The notes beneath the pieces were generated by a model. The model made no database searches, was not told where the DNA came from, and saw nothing but the letters and a program-made list of their open reading frames with translations. Shown here in pieces: positions 18,444 through 27,650 of a stretch of DNA of 64,000 nt. A program made the position numbers and the translations under genes. Source of the DNA: Longimicrobiales bacterium (GTDB taxonomy: Bacteria > Gemmatimonadota > Gemmatimonadetes > Longimicrobiales > Gaopeijiaceae); the NCBI GenBank assembly GCA_965197725.1, contig CBDANQ010000055.1:1-64000 (forward strand), written 5' to 3'. Positions within the stretch are counted from its first letter, which is position 1. Every line of letters begins with the position of its first letter.

Positions 18444-20953
18444 TCGTCGCGCACCTCTCCGACCTCCATCTGGGATTTCGCGCATACGGACGCGTGGAGC
18501 GAGGCGCGAACCTACGTGAACGGGATGTCGCCGCGGCGTTCGAGCGAGCGGTGCACGAGCTCGTTCGGATCGCGCCGGATGTTGTCGTCGTGGCGGGGGA
18601 CGTCTTCGACCGTCCCGACCCGCCGGCGGGCGCTGTCGTGGCCCTCGCGAGAGGCCTCGAGTTGCTTCGCTCCTCGCTACCGGAGGCTCCGGTGCTCATG
18701 GTCGCAGGTCCGAGGGACACGCCGCGGCGCCCAGCTGACCCGGGCGCGCTCGCGGTGCTCGACACCTTCCCCAACGTTGAAGCGGCGACCGGCCTCACGC
18801 GCTCCATCCTCATGGAGCGACTCGACCTGCACGCCTGCTTGGTCCCGTACCGGGCCAGCGTCCGACACCCTGCTGCGCTCCCAGAATCTGACCCCCAAAT
18901 GCGCTGGAACCTACTCGTGATTCATGGCTGTAACGACTCGGCCGGCGAATGGGGTGTGCATGTCGATCCCGACGAGTGGGACTATGTCGCATTGGGAGGG
19001 GAGCACCGACGTAGCAACGTGAGTCCCAACGCTCGATACCCCGGGTCGCTGGAGCGCGTCGCGCTCGATCCATGGGACGAGGCTGCGGACGAAAAGGGAT
19101 TCCTAACGGTCGACCTGGAGCGGGATGAAGTCGTCTTCCATGCCATTCCCGGCCGGCCTGTCGTCGCGCTCGCTCCAATCAAAGTCGTATCGGGTGACGC
19201 CGAGCGACTGCGGCGGCGTGTGCGGGAGGTCATGGCGGAGGTTCCTGGAGGTATCGACGGCAAGATTGTGCGTTTGACCCTGGAGGGAGCATCTCCCGAG
19301 GATCTGTTGGCTCTGCAGGGAGACCAGCTCGAAGGGTTGCGACGGCGCGCGCTTCACCTCGCCGTTGAGGTCGGCAGGGAGCCGCGCGTGCCCCCGGCGG
19401 CCTGGCTTCCCGTCGACGCGCCGGGGCTTCTCCGCGATGCGCTCGAAGGCGAGCTCGAGCGGGATGGCCTGCTTGCCGAGCCCACGCGAAAGATGATTAT
19501 GGAGCTCGTGCCGGACGATCCCGTGGGCAAGTTGGAACCTGAGCCCGTCGGGGCTCTCGACTCCCTCGACGGGGACGTGCCGGGGGTCGGCCGGGTCAGC
19601 ACTTCCCTCCCGAAGGGGCTGACAGGCGTGATCGGAGGAGGAGGCCCCGCGCGTCAAGCCGTCGAGGAACTGCTCGTGCGGGAAGGTGGTGACGGGCCTC
19701 CGGAACCGCTGCGACGGCTTTGGAGCGGGCGCGAGGTGGAAACCCTCGACGAGACCATCGGGCTCGCCATCGAGGCGGTCGCGGCCAGCCGGGGCCTCGC
19801 CACCTTGGACGCCGCGCTATTGAGGGCTGGTGAGATTGCGGCCGTGCATCCCGTGGCGCCGGTGAGGCTGGTCGAGCGGCGCGAACGCGGCGTGGTCCGC
19901 GTCGACCTGGAACAGGTGGCTGCCGAGTTCCGTTCCGCGGAGAGAGACCTCCGAGGGCTCCGGGCCGATGTCGTGGAGGTCGACGGAGATCTCGAGGTCG
20001 CGACGATGGGTTGGTTGCGTGAACGCCAGGATGCCGAGACCACGCTCAACGCCTACCGGGATCGTGCCCGCGAGGTGCGGGCCCGCCTGAAGAAGATGGA
20101 GGCGGCGGGACCCGACGCGCCGTGTCCGACGTGCGGACGCGTGCTGGAGAGCCACTACCAGGAGGTGCTGGCCGAGCTGAACGAAGAGTGGGAGTCGGTC
20201 GTCCAGGATGGGAGCTGGTGGAAGAGCAGGTGGGAGCAGCTCGAGCCCAAACCGTCGCATCTGCAGGAACTCGAGGGAAAGTCGCTGCGCTTCCACGCAG
20301 CGCTGGAGGCCGGCTCCGAAGGAGTCGAGCTGCTGCGCGCGCGACTCTCCGAGCTCGCCGAGCGGGAGGTCGTTTCAGTGCCGCCGACTCGGGCCCGTGG
20401 CGCGCTGAGCTCAGTCGTCGACGCGCTGCGAAGGGTGCGTTCGGCGCGTTCCGCAAGGGCTGCCGACCTGCTGCTCGACCGCTCTTCGCGGTTTCTGTGC
20501 CGAATCTCCGGTGGCCGGATTCTGACCGTGTCGCTCGTGGCGGGCCGGGCGGTCCTGAATGGAGAGGGTGGCGTGCTCGGGCTCGTGTCGGAGGAAGGCC
20601 GCGCGACCGCTCGCATCGCGGTTCGCCTCGCGGCGGCTTCGCTGGTGGCGGCGGACGGGAAACTGATGGGCTCGCTCGTGCTTGCGGAGCCCTTCGACCG
20701 GCTCGACATCGAAGCCCGTATCAGGACGCTCGTGCTCACGAAGGAGTTGCTGAGCGACATTCCTCGGGTAATCCTGTTCAGCGGTGGGGAGGCGGTAGAC
20801 GCGCGGCCCGAGTTGTTCGACGCCATACTGGAGGTTCGAGACGAGGCGTCCGGTGCTGGACCGGCTTTGCGCCCGGCAGCGGCGGGGCCCGGAAGGACTT
20901 TGTTGAGGGCGCCTGCGAAGCCCGCGCGCGGGACTGCAACCTTGCGCAGCTAG
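18440..20953 (+). CDS. SbcD-SbcC (Mre11-Rad50)-like fusion protein with degenerate catalytic motifs
   Basis: HLSDLHLG, AGDVFD, YPGSLER, KGF (SbcD); coiled coil with CPTC hook; C-terminal LVLAEPFDRLD (Walker B/D-loop-like). Confidence 0.8.
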   Translation: MIVAHLSDLHLGFRAYGRVERGANLRERDVAAAFERAVHELVRIAPDVVVVAGDVFDRPDPPAGAVVALARGLELLRSSLPEAPVLMVAGPRDTPRRPADPGALAVLDTFPNVEAATGLTRSILMERLDLHACLVPYRASVRHPAALPESDPQMRWNLLVIHGCNDSAGEWGVHVDPDEWDYVALGGEHRRSNVSPNARYPGSLERVALDPWDEAADEKGFLTVDLERDEVVFHAIPGRPVVALAPIKVVSGDAERLRRRVREVMAEVPGGIDGKIVRLTLEGASPEDLLALQGDQLEGLRRRALHLAVEVGREPRVPPAAWLPVDAPGLLRDALEGELERDGLLAEPTRKMIMELVPDDPVGKLEPEPVGALDSLDGDVPGVGRVSTSLPKGLTGVIGGGGPARQAVEELLVREGGDGPPEPLRRLWSGREVETLDETIGLAIEAVAASRGLATLDAALLRAGEIAAVHPVAPVRLVERRERGVVRVDLEQVAAEFRSAERDLRGLRADVVEVDGDLEVATMGWLRERQDAETTLNAYRDRAREVRARLKKMEAAGPDAPCPTCGRVLESHYQEVLAELNEEWESVVQDGSWWKSRWEQLEPKPSHLQELEGKSLRFHAALEAGSEGVELLRARLSELAEREVVSVPPTRARGALSSVVDALRRVRSARSARAADLLLDRSSRFLCRISGGRILTVSLVAGRAVLNGEGGVLGLVSEEGRATARIAVRLAAASLVAADGKLMGSLVLAEPFDRLDIEARIRTLVLTKELLSDIPRVILFSGGEAVDARPELFDAILEVRDEASGAGPALRPAAAGPGRTLLRAPAKPARGTATLRS

Positions 20954-22146
20954 CTGTCGTCGTAGGAAGCGATGCCTCCTTTAGAGCGGGCTTCTTCGGT
21001 CGCCACCTGCCCAAGACTGCGCCAGGCAAAGCGACGAGCGAATCGGTTCTCACGTTTCTCAAGGACGTCCGCCACGATGGCGCCGAGCGCGGGCGCGAAC
21101 TTAAAGCCGTGACCACTGCCGCCGCTCGCGACCACGAGACCCTCGCGGTTGGGGTCTGCGGCGATGAGCAAGTTGCCGTCGAAGCTGTCGCAGTACATGC
21201 ACACGCGTCGATGGACTACTGGCGCATCCGCCAGCGCGGGGATCGACTGACGCAAGAAGTCCCTAGTCCGGGCCTCGTGGTCGTCAGCAACAGCCCCGCG
21301 GCGGTCCGGGTGCGCGCGAGTTCCCGGTCCATGGTGTGCCACCTTCACCCGGCCGTCCGGGAGCGCGGGGAATCCGTACCACCCGCTGCCCGAGATGTCC
21401 GCCGCCCATGGGGGGAAGCCGTAACCACGGAACGAATCCGGATCGTGCGGCTCGAAGTGGAGAACGGGATGACCCGTGGACCAGAGCACGTCGGAGAGCC
21501 ACGGCAGCAAGCCAGGTGTCCAGGCCCCGGCGGCGACCACCACTCGGTCAGCCTCGATGCGATCTGCTTCGCTCGTGACGACTCCGTGGACCCGGGATCC
21601 CCGTGATATGAGCTCGCGCAGCGACCCGGCCCGGAAGCTCACGCCAGACTTCCGGCAAAGTGACACGAGTTGCTTGACGACCGCGCCGCTCTCTGCCCAG
21701 CCGGCCCTCGCGTTGAGGTATCCGTCGGGATACCGCGTGAGGTCCCACTCGGGATAGCGGCCCGACGCGCTTCGGGCATCCAGTCGCTCGGGGGTGTAGC
21801 CCCGGGCTCGCAATACTGCGTAGCTCTCGTACTCGTACCCTCCCGGGGCCATCGGGGCCGGTGCGAGAATGAGAAAGCCGGCCTCGTGGTATAGCGGCCT
21901 CGACCAGTCTCGATTCCAGCGATCCCAGCCCTCGAGCGCGAGCTCCGCGAGTTCGTGGTAGAAGCGGTCGGACCCATAGTCCATCCGCACGACTTTGCTC
22001 ACATCGGTCGAGGCTGCTCCCTCGTGCGGAAGGGGCCCAGGGTCGAGCACCGTCACCCGCCACCCCCGGCTGCGCAACTCGAGCGCGGCCGTGATTCCGA
22101 AGACACCGCCCCCGACGACCAAGACTCGTCCTGGGGCGGCGTTCAC
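20950..22146 (-). CDS. FAD-dependent amine oxidase (sarcosine / fructosyl-amino acid oxidase family)
   Basis: VVGGGVFG, ASTDVSKVVRMDYG, VAAGAW, CMYCDS, GGSGHGFKFAP. Confidence 0.88.
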   Translation of the reverse strand: MNAAPGRVLVVGGGVFGITAALELRSRGWRVTVLDPGPLPHEGAASTDVSKVVRMDYGSDRFYHELAELALEGWDRWNRDWSRPLYHEAGFLILAPAPMAPGGYEYESYAVLRARGYTPERLDARSASGRYPEWDLTRYPDGYLNARAGWAESGAVVKQLVSLCRKSGVSFRAGSLRELISRGSRVHGVVTSEADRIEADRVVVAAGAWTPGLLPWLSDVLWSTGHPVLHFEPHDPDSFRGYGFPPWAADISGSGWYGFPALPDGRVKVAHHGPGTRAHPDRRGAVADDHEARTRDFLRQSIPALADAPVVHRRVCMYCDSFDGNLLIAADPNREGLVVASGGSGHGFKFAPALGAIVADVLEKRENRFARRFAWRSLGQVATEEARSKGGIASYDDS

Positions 22147-22228
22147 GATGTCGTGCCGACGGTCACGAGCACCTCGCGGAGCGTGTGGATAGTATGTGCG
22201 CGTAGATCCTGCATCCCTCCAGACCGCC

Positions 22229-23230
22229 ATGCAAATCAGAATCCTGTCCGCTGACGATGTCCGGGCGTGTGTAGACATGCCCGCCGCGATCGACGCGATG
22301 CGTGAAGCGTTCGTTGCGCTCTCGGCCCACGAGGCGACCGTGCCGATTCGCCTGGCGCTGGAGACCGAGTACGGGGTCAGCCTGTTCATGCCTGCCCATC
22401 TTCGAGGGAGCGGGAACGCCGGGGCGAAGGTGGTCTCGGTGAACCCAGGCAACGCCGCCCGGGGTCTGCCCGCTATTCACGCCGTCGTGTTGGTCCTCGA
22501 CGTCGTGACCGGTCGTCCCACGGCGCTCATGGACGGCACGTGGCTCACGGCCCTTCGTACGGGGGCCGTGGGTGGGCTCGCTGCGGATCTGTTGGCACGT
22601 CGAGACGCCAAGACCGTGGCGCTTTTCGGGGCGGGCGTACAGGCCCGGACGCAACTGGAGGCGGTTCGGTGCGTCCGCGAGATCACCGAGGTACGGGTGG
22701 TTTCGCCGAGCGGAGCGTCAGCGGATCGTCTGGCCGCTGAGGTTACGGGAGTACTCGCGGTGCGCGTCGACGATCCGACCGAGGCCATCGCCCGCGCAGA
22801 CATCATTATTGCCGCGACCAACAGCTCCACACCGGTCTTCGACGGCTCCCTGGTGGAGCCCGGCACGCATGTCACCGGCGTCGGCTCCTACACGCTGGAC
22901 ATGCGCGAAGTCGACACCGCCCTCGTGACCCGTGCCCGGGTCATCGTCGATCAGCGCGAGGCGGTGATGGAGGAAGCAGGCGACATCGTTGGCCCGGTCC
23001 ACGACGGTGTGGTTGACGAGACGGTCATCGTCGCCGAAATCGGCGAAGTCGTGATGGGGCGAGTGCAGGGCAGGACCGCGGACACCGACATCACGTTCTT
23101 TAAGTCGGTCGGGAGTGCGGTTCAAGACGTCACCGTGGCGGCCCGCGTGCTCACGGCGGCTGAGGCCGAGGGGCGGGGCCTGGTCGTCGACCTAGGTGCC
23201 TGTGGGGGAAGTACAGTGTGCCGCGGCTAG
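22229..23230 (+). CDS. Ornithine cyclodeaminase / mu-crystallin family protein
   Basis: AKVVSV.P.N, LTALRTGA, GAGVQA, FKSVGSAVQD. Confidence 0.92.
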   Translation: MQIRILSADDVRACVDMPAAIDAMREAFVALSAHEATVPIRLALETEYGVSLFMPAHLRGSGNAGAKVVSVNPGNAARGLPAIHAVVLVLDVVTGRPTALMDGTWLTALRTGAVGGLAADLLARRDAKTVALFGAGVQARTQLEAVRCVREITEVRVVSPSGASADRLAAEVTGVLAVRVDDPTEAIARADIIIAATNSSTPVFDGSLVEPGTHVTGVGSYTLDMREVDTALVTRARVIVDQREAVMEEAGDIVGPVHDGVVDETVIVAEIGEVVMGRVQGRTADTDITFFKSVGSAVQDVTVAARVLTAAEAEGRGLVVDLGACGGSTVCRG

Positions 23231-25521
23231 GTGCCGAGCAACGCCCAGGCCTCTGCCCGAGCCTGGTACGTCTCGAGCGCTTCCTCGTCAGAGTTCTGGA
23301 TCGCCGCTTGAGTCAGAGCCAGGTAGGTCCAAGCGTAGTAGTTCGGAATACCGAGCGTGGCGAGGTCAGGCCAATGGGTCCAATCGTCGGGGATTCCCGT
23401 ACGGTGCACGAAGACCTCGTCAAGCAGTGTTCGAGTCCGCGGAAGGTCCACCCATGCACCGATGACGCTCGCGTAGGGTGTCGGCTCCATCCGCATGAAC
23501 CCCTCCCGCCCTTGGTCCTCGAGAGGGCCGTTGTGGAGCCGGAACGCGAGCCCCTGGCGAATGAGATAGCCGTTCACGCCAAGAGACGTCGCCGCGTTGC
23601 CGCTCGATGCGAAATAGATGGGTCGTTCGTCGATGACCTCGTTGATCAGCGTGAGGGCATATTGTTGCCACGGCATGAGGGCCGACCCCCCGGGTACGAT
23701 CGCAACCACGTTCCCCAGCTGGACTGGGATGTCGTTCTCGACCGGCACGACCATGCGGGCGACGCGGTTGATGTCCTCGTCGGACAACGGCATGATCGAC
23801 TTGGTAGGGGGTCGGATCGGCCCGTCGACCACGAGCGGGATCTTGCCCGCGGCCTGACTCGGGTCCGTCACGTAGACAGCGTCGGTGTTCTCTGCCGTGT
23901 ACGGCCGCTGGCATTGGATGCGAGACCAATCCGAAGACGGGTCGACCCCAGGGGGGCAAGGTGCGGTGAGTCTCTTGAGCTGACCTGTGTACCACTCGGT
24001 GTTGAGGTACGACGTCACGATGACGGTCACGTCTCGGCGAACGCCCTCGACTTCTTGCAGATACCACAGCGGGAAGGTGTCGTTGTCCCCGTTCGTGAAG
24101 AGCACTCCGTACGGCTCGACACTCATCAGCAGGTTGTGGGCCCAGTCTCGCGCCGCGTAGTCCTCCGCACGGCTCGCCCACGAGAAGTTGAAAACGAGCG
24201 GGATCAACGCGAGGCCCAAAATCGGGCTCGCCTTGGCGAGGCCGACCCCCATCTCACGTGCCGATTCGCGCCAAAGGGTCGCGATGCCGATGCCGGCCCA
24301 CAGTCCCCAGACCGAGAAGCTCACGACGAAGAAGTAGTCACGTTCGCGAACTTCGTGAAGGTCCCGATCCTGGATTGGCGCCTGCAGCGAGTAGCCGTAC
24401 CGGAAGTTGAGGTAATAGAGGAGTGCGAACGATAGCGTGGCGAAAAGCGTCGCGACGAACACGAAGCTCGCCCGGTCACGGCGCGCGTGCTCGATCGCGC
24501 CCCACACCCCGAGGCCAGTGAAGAGCATCGTGAAGGGAAGGCGCAAATTCGCGAAGACGGTCGTGGTTCCGTCGAGAGAGCGTGCCCACTGCCAGTCGAA
24601 GTACTGTAGATAGTTGGCTAGCTGGGACGACAGCGGCGCGAGGCGAGGCAGCAGCCCTGGCTTGGGGTACTGGGTGCGGTTGAGCGCTTCGGCGAGAGCG
24701 GCGCAACCCTCCTTCCCGTAGGTGACGACCGCGACGAGCGCTGAGCCGATGTTTGGGCAGGTAGGAGACGCCTCGTTGATGACCGGGTCCAGTCCGGCGC
24801 GAATCGGCAGGAAGAGGTGGATCGAGAGCCCGAGGATGACCGCTGCGATGCCGGCGGCGTACAGGCGCCAGTTGAGAAGCGTCTGGGGGCGTACGAAGAC
24901 GATGAAGAGCCCGATCGCCGGCGCCGCCAAGAACGCCATGAGGTGGTTGCCGACGCTCAGCGCCAGGATGAAGGCCATCAAGATGAGCAGGTTGTCATCC
25001 TTGCCGCGTCCGAGGCGCTCCTGCCACCGGAACGCCAACCACGACAGCACCGCGATGGTGAGCAGCGATACGGTGTACACCTTCTCGTTCACGTTGGATT
25101 GGTTCCACACCGTGAAGGCGGTCGAGCTGACGAGCACAGCCGCGGATGCGCCAGTGATCCGGAAGCGCCGGTCCTCTGAGAAGAAGCGCAGGATATGGTG
25201 CACCACGAGGAACCACATCGCGTGTGCGCCAGCGCTCATGAGCGCGCTGAACAGGTTGATACGTACGGCTACCGGCAGGCCCAGAGGAGCCAGAAGCACG
25301 GACCACGCGCGAGCGAGGACTACGAAGAGCGGATTGCCGGGTGGATGCGGGATCCCGAGGATATGCCCCGTGGCGATGTACTCACTCGTGTCCCAGAACG
25401 CGGTCGTGCGTGAGAGTGTCAGCGCGTAGAGCGCGAATACGAACAACCCGGCGAGCGCGGCCTCCCGGTATGGAGGGCGCAACTCAGCGTCGTTTCGGGC
25501 GTCGTCGCCTCCAGGATTCAC
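23227..25521 (-). CDS. DUF2723 membrane glycosyltransferase (TMEM260-like protein O-mannosyltransferase family)
   Basis: FWDTSEYI, GIPHPPGNPLF, EVRERDYFF, FTNGDNDTFPLWYLQEVEGVRRDV. Confidence 0.9.
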   Translation of the reverse strand: MNPGGDDARNDAELRPPYREAALAGLFVFALYALTLSRTTAFWDTSEYIATGHILGIPHPPGNPLFVVLARAWSVLLAPLGLPVAVRINLFSALMSAGAHAMWFLVVHHILRFFSEDRRFRITGASAAVLVSSTAFTVWNQSNVNEKVYTVSLLTIAVLSWLAFRWQERLGRGKDDNLLILMAFILALSVGNHLMAFLAAPAIGLFIVFVRPQTLLNWRLYAAGIAAVILGLSIHLFLPIRAGLDPVINEASPTCPNIGSALVAVVTYGKEGCAALAEALNRTQYPKPGLLPRLAPLSSQLANYLQYFDWQWARSLDGTTTVFANLRLPFTMLFTGLGVWGAIEHARRDRASFVFVATLFATLSFALLYYLNFRYGYSLQAPIQDRDLHEVRERDYFFVVSFSVWGLWAGIGIATLWRESAREMGVGLAKASPILGLALIPLVFNFSWASRAEDYAARDWAHNLLMSVEPYGVLFTNGDNDTFPLWYLQEVEGVRRDVTVIVTSYLNTEWYTGQLKRLTAPCPPGVDPSSDWSRIQCQRPYTAENTDAVYVTDPSQAAGKIPLVVDGPIRPPTKSIMPLSDEDINRVARMVVPVENDIPVQLGNVVAIVPGGSALMPWQQYALTLINEVIDERPIYFASSGNAATSLGVNGYLIRQGLAFRLHNGPLEDQGREGFMRMEPTPYASVIGAWVDLPRTRTLLDEVFVHRTGIPDDWTHWPDLATLGIPNYYAWTYLALTQAAIQNSDEEALETYQARAEAWALLGT

Positions 25522-25645
25522 GGTCGCTGTCTCATTGCCATCGCATCTATCAGTCGCGCTTTCCCGCCGGCTGCGTTGCGCGCAACCCCAAAGATAACCC
25601 GCTACCGCAGGGGAGCAGCCAGTGGTCGATGTGGGGCCCGCTACG

Positions 25646-27640
25646 CTACTCGGGAGGCGTGAGGTGTAGACACCCCCACGGGTCTACGTCCACTCGCCAA
25701 CCCGGCGGGACCCACGTCGTACCACTGTATTCCTGGACCACGAACGGACCGACAAACTCGTGACCAGCTCCGAGTTGCTGCCTCCACACGCGGGATGCTT
25801 CGACCCGCTCTCCAGCGAAGGCGACCTGCGTCGGTGCGCTCTGGACAGGCCTCTCCGCGTCGGGAAGTCGAGTCACGTGCACGGGAGGCGGTGGCGCCGT
25901 GACGATGGCCCGCAGCGTGACGGCCTCCACCGGAGCGGTCTCCCGTCTGTGTCCGTACCGCTCCTCGTGGGCGTCGTGAAAGTGCTGGACCCAATCCGAC
26001 GCGGGTACCCTGAGCTCAAAACTCTGTCCGGCGTACCTGGCGTCCACCCACAGCTCCGCGGTGAGATCTCCTTCCGAGACGCCCTCGTCCAGCATCTCCG
26101 ACCACGCCAGGCCTTCGAGCTCGGCAAGGCTCGCCTCGAGGGACCTCTGCGTGTCGTCGGCATCTGTAGAGAGCAGGACCGTGCGTGCAGTCTCACGGCT
26201 CACGGGTGAGGCCAGCATGCCGTACGCCGACAGTAGCCCCGGATCTGGCGGTACGATCGCCTTGAAGGCCCCGAGCCTTCGAGTCAACTCGGCCGCGTGG
26301 AGGCCCCCGGCGCCGCCGAAGGCCACAACGGCGAAGTCTGCCGGGTCGTAGCCACGCTCCACTGAGATCACGCGCAGCGCCCGCTCCATCGCCGTGTCGG
26401 CGACCGCCAGGATGCCCTCGGCCGCGTCGTCCACGTCTGTGCCCAATTGTGCCGCCATCGCCTCCAGGGGCGCCCGGATCGCTTCTCGATCCAACGCTTC
26501 GTTGCCGCCCAGGAACGCGTCGGCGGGCAGACGACCGAGCCATACGTGCGCGTCCGTCACGGTGACACCGGAACCGCCTCGCCCGTAGCAGATAGGTCCG
26601 GGTTGCGCGCCCGCGCTCCGCGGACCGACGCGGAGCGCGCCACCGGCGTCGAGCCGTGCCAGGGATCCCCCCCCCGCGCCGACGGTGTGAATGTCGATGA
26701 CGGGAATCGCGGTCGGCTGCCCGGCGATCTCGAACTCGCGCGTCCGGAGTGGCCGACCCGGACACAGAGATACGTCGGTGGACGTGCCCCCCATGTCGAA
26801 CGAAATCACACGGTCGTGACCTGAGCGCCGCGCCCAGGTGAGCGCCCCCACAACCCCGCCTGCCGGTCCTGACAGGACGGTATGCACCGGCTCCTTGCGG
26901 GCTCGATCGATGGGAATCGTGCCCCCGCTCGAGCCCATGATGGTGACCCGCTCGGCGCCCGCTTCGTCGGACAGGCGGCCGAGGTATCGGTTCATCATCG
27001 GTGCGATGTACGCATTCACGACCGTGGTGGATGTGCGCTCGTACTCGCGGAACTCGGGAACGAGATGACACGAGACCGAGAGTGGTAAACCGGCTGCCTC
27101 GACCGCGCGTGCGACCGCTTCTTCATGGCTCGGGTTCGCGTACGAGTGAAGCAGCGAGATCGCTACCGCGTCGGCCCCTCGCGCGAGGATGCGATCGGGG
27201 AGTCCGGCAAGCTCGGAGTCGTCGAGCGCTTCGATCACCTCGCCGCGTGGGCCGAGGCGACCGGTGACGCCCAGGCGGTCGTCCCTGTCGACGAGCGGCG
27301 AAAGCCTGTGCCCGACCAGCGCGTACAGCTGCGGCCGGTTTTGGCGTCCGATCTCGATGACGTCCTCGAAGCCTCGGTTCGTGACGAGCACCACCTTGGC
27401 GCCACGGCGTTCGAGGAGCGCGTTGGTGGCAACGGTGGACCCGTGGAGGAGAATGAACGCCTCCTTCGCGTCCAGGATCCTCGCGATGCCCTCGAGAACG
27501 GCTTGAGCAGGATCGTGCGGTGTCGAAGGCACCTTGAGCGTCTTGATCCTGCCCTCGCTGAGCAGTGCCAGGTCGGTGAACGTGCCGCCCGTGTCGACCG
27601 CCAAGAGGGCCGTTGACGCTGTCGACGCGTGTGCGGACAT
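25646..27640 (-). CDS. Hydantoinase A / 5-oxoprolinase ATP-binding subunit
   Basis: VDTGGTFTD, HGSTVATNALLER, REYERTSTT, SGPAGG, DMGGTSTD, FGGAGGLHA; alternative start at 27652. Confidence 0.92.
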   Translation of the reverse strand: MSAHASTASTALLAVDTGGTFTDLALLSEGRIKTLKVPSTPHDPAQAVLEGIARILDAKEAFILLHGSTVATNALLERRGAKVVLVTNRGFEDVIEIGRQNRPQLYALVGHRLSPLVDRDDRLGVTGRLGPRGEVIEALDDSELAGLPDRILARGADAVAISLLHSYANPSHEEAVARAVEAAGLPLSVSCHLVPEFREYERTSTTVVNAYIAPMMNRYLGRLSDEAGAERVTIMGSSGGTIPIDRARKEPVHTVLSGPAGGVVGALTWARRSGHDRVISFDMGGTSTDVSLCPGRPLRTREFEIAGQPTAIPVIDIHTVGAGGGSLARLDAGGALRVGPRSAGAQPGPICYGRGGSGVTVTDAHVWLGRLPADAFLGGNEALDREAIRAPLEAMAAQLGTDVDDAAEGILAVADTAMERALRVISVERGYDPADFAVVAFGGAGGLHAAELTRRLGAFKAIVPPDPGLLSAYGMLASPVSRETARTVLLSTDADDTQRSLEASLAELEGLAWSEMLDEGVSEGDLTAELWVDARYAGQSFELRVPASDWVQHFHDAHEERYGHRRETAPVEAVTLRAIVTAPPPPVHVTRLPDAERPVQSAPTQVAFAGERVEASRVWRQQLGAGHEFVGPFVVQEYSGTTWVPPGWRVDVDPWGCLHLTPPE

Positions 27641-27650
27641 TGGGGCGCTC

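Noticed and set aside
7192..20953. Defence island interpretation of the nuclease, HD, PP2C and SbcCD-like genes
   Set aside because: Genes are interspersed with housekeeping loci, with no integrase, evident composition shift or recognisable defence operon
20122..24435. Long alternative-frame ORFs such as 20122-21606 and 23218-24435
   Set aside because: Arg/Gly/Pro-rich or antisense shadows overlapping well-supported genes
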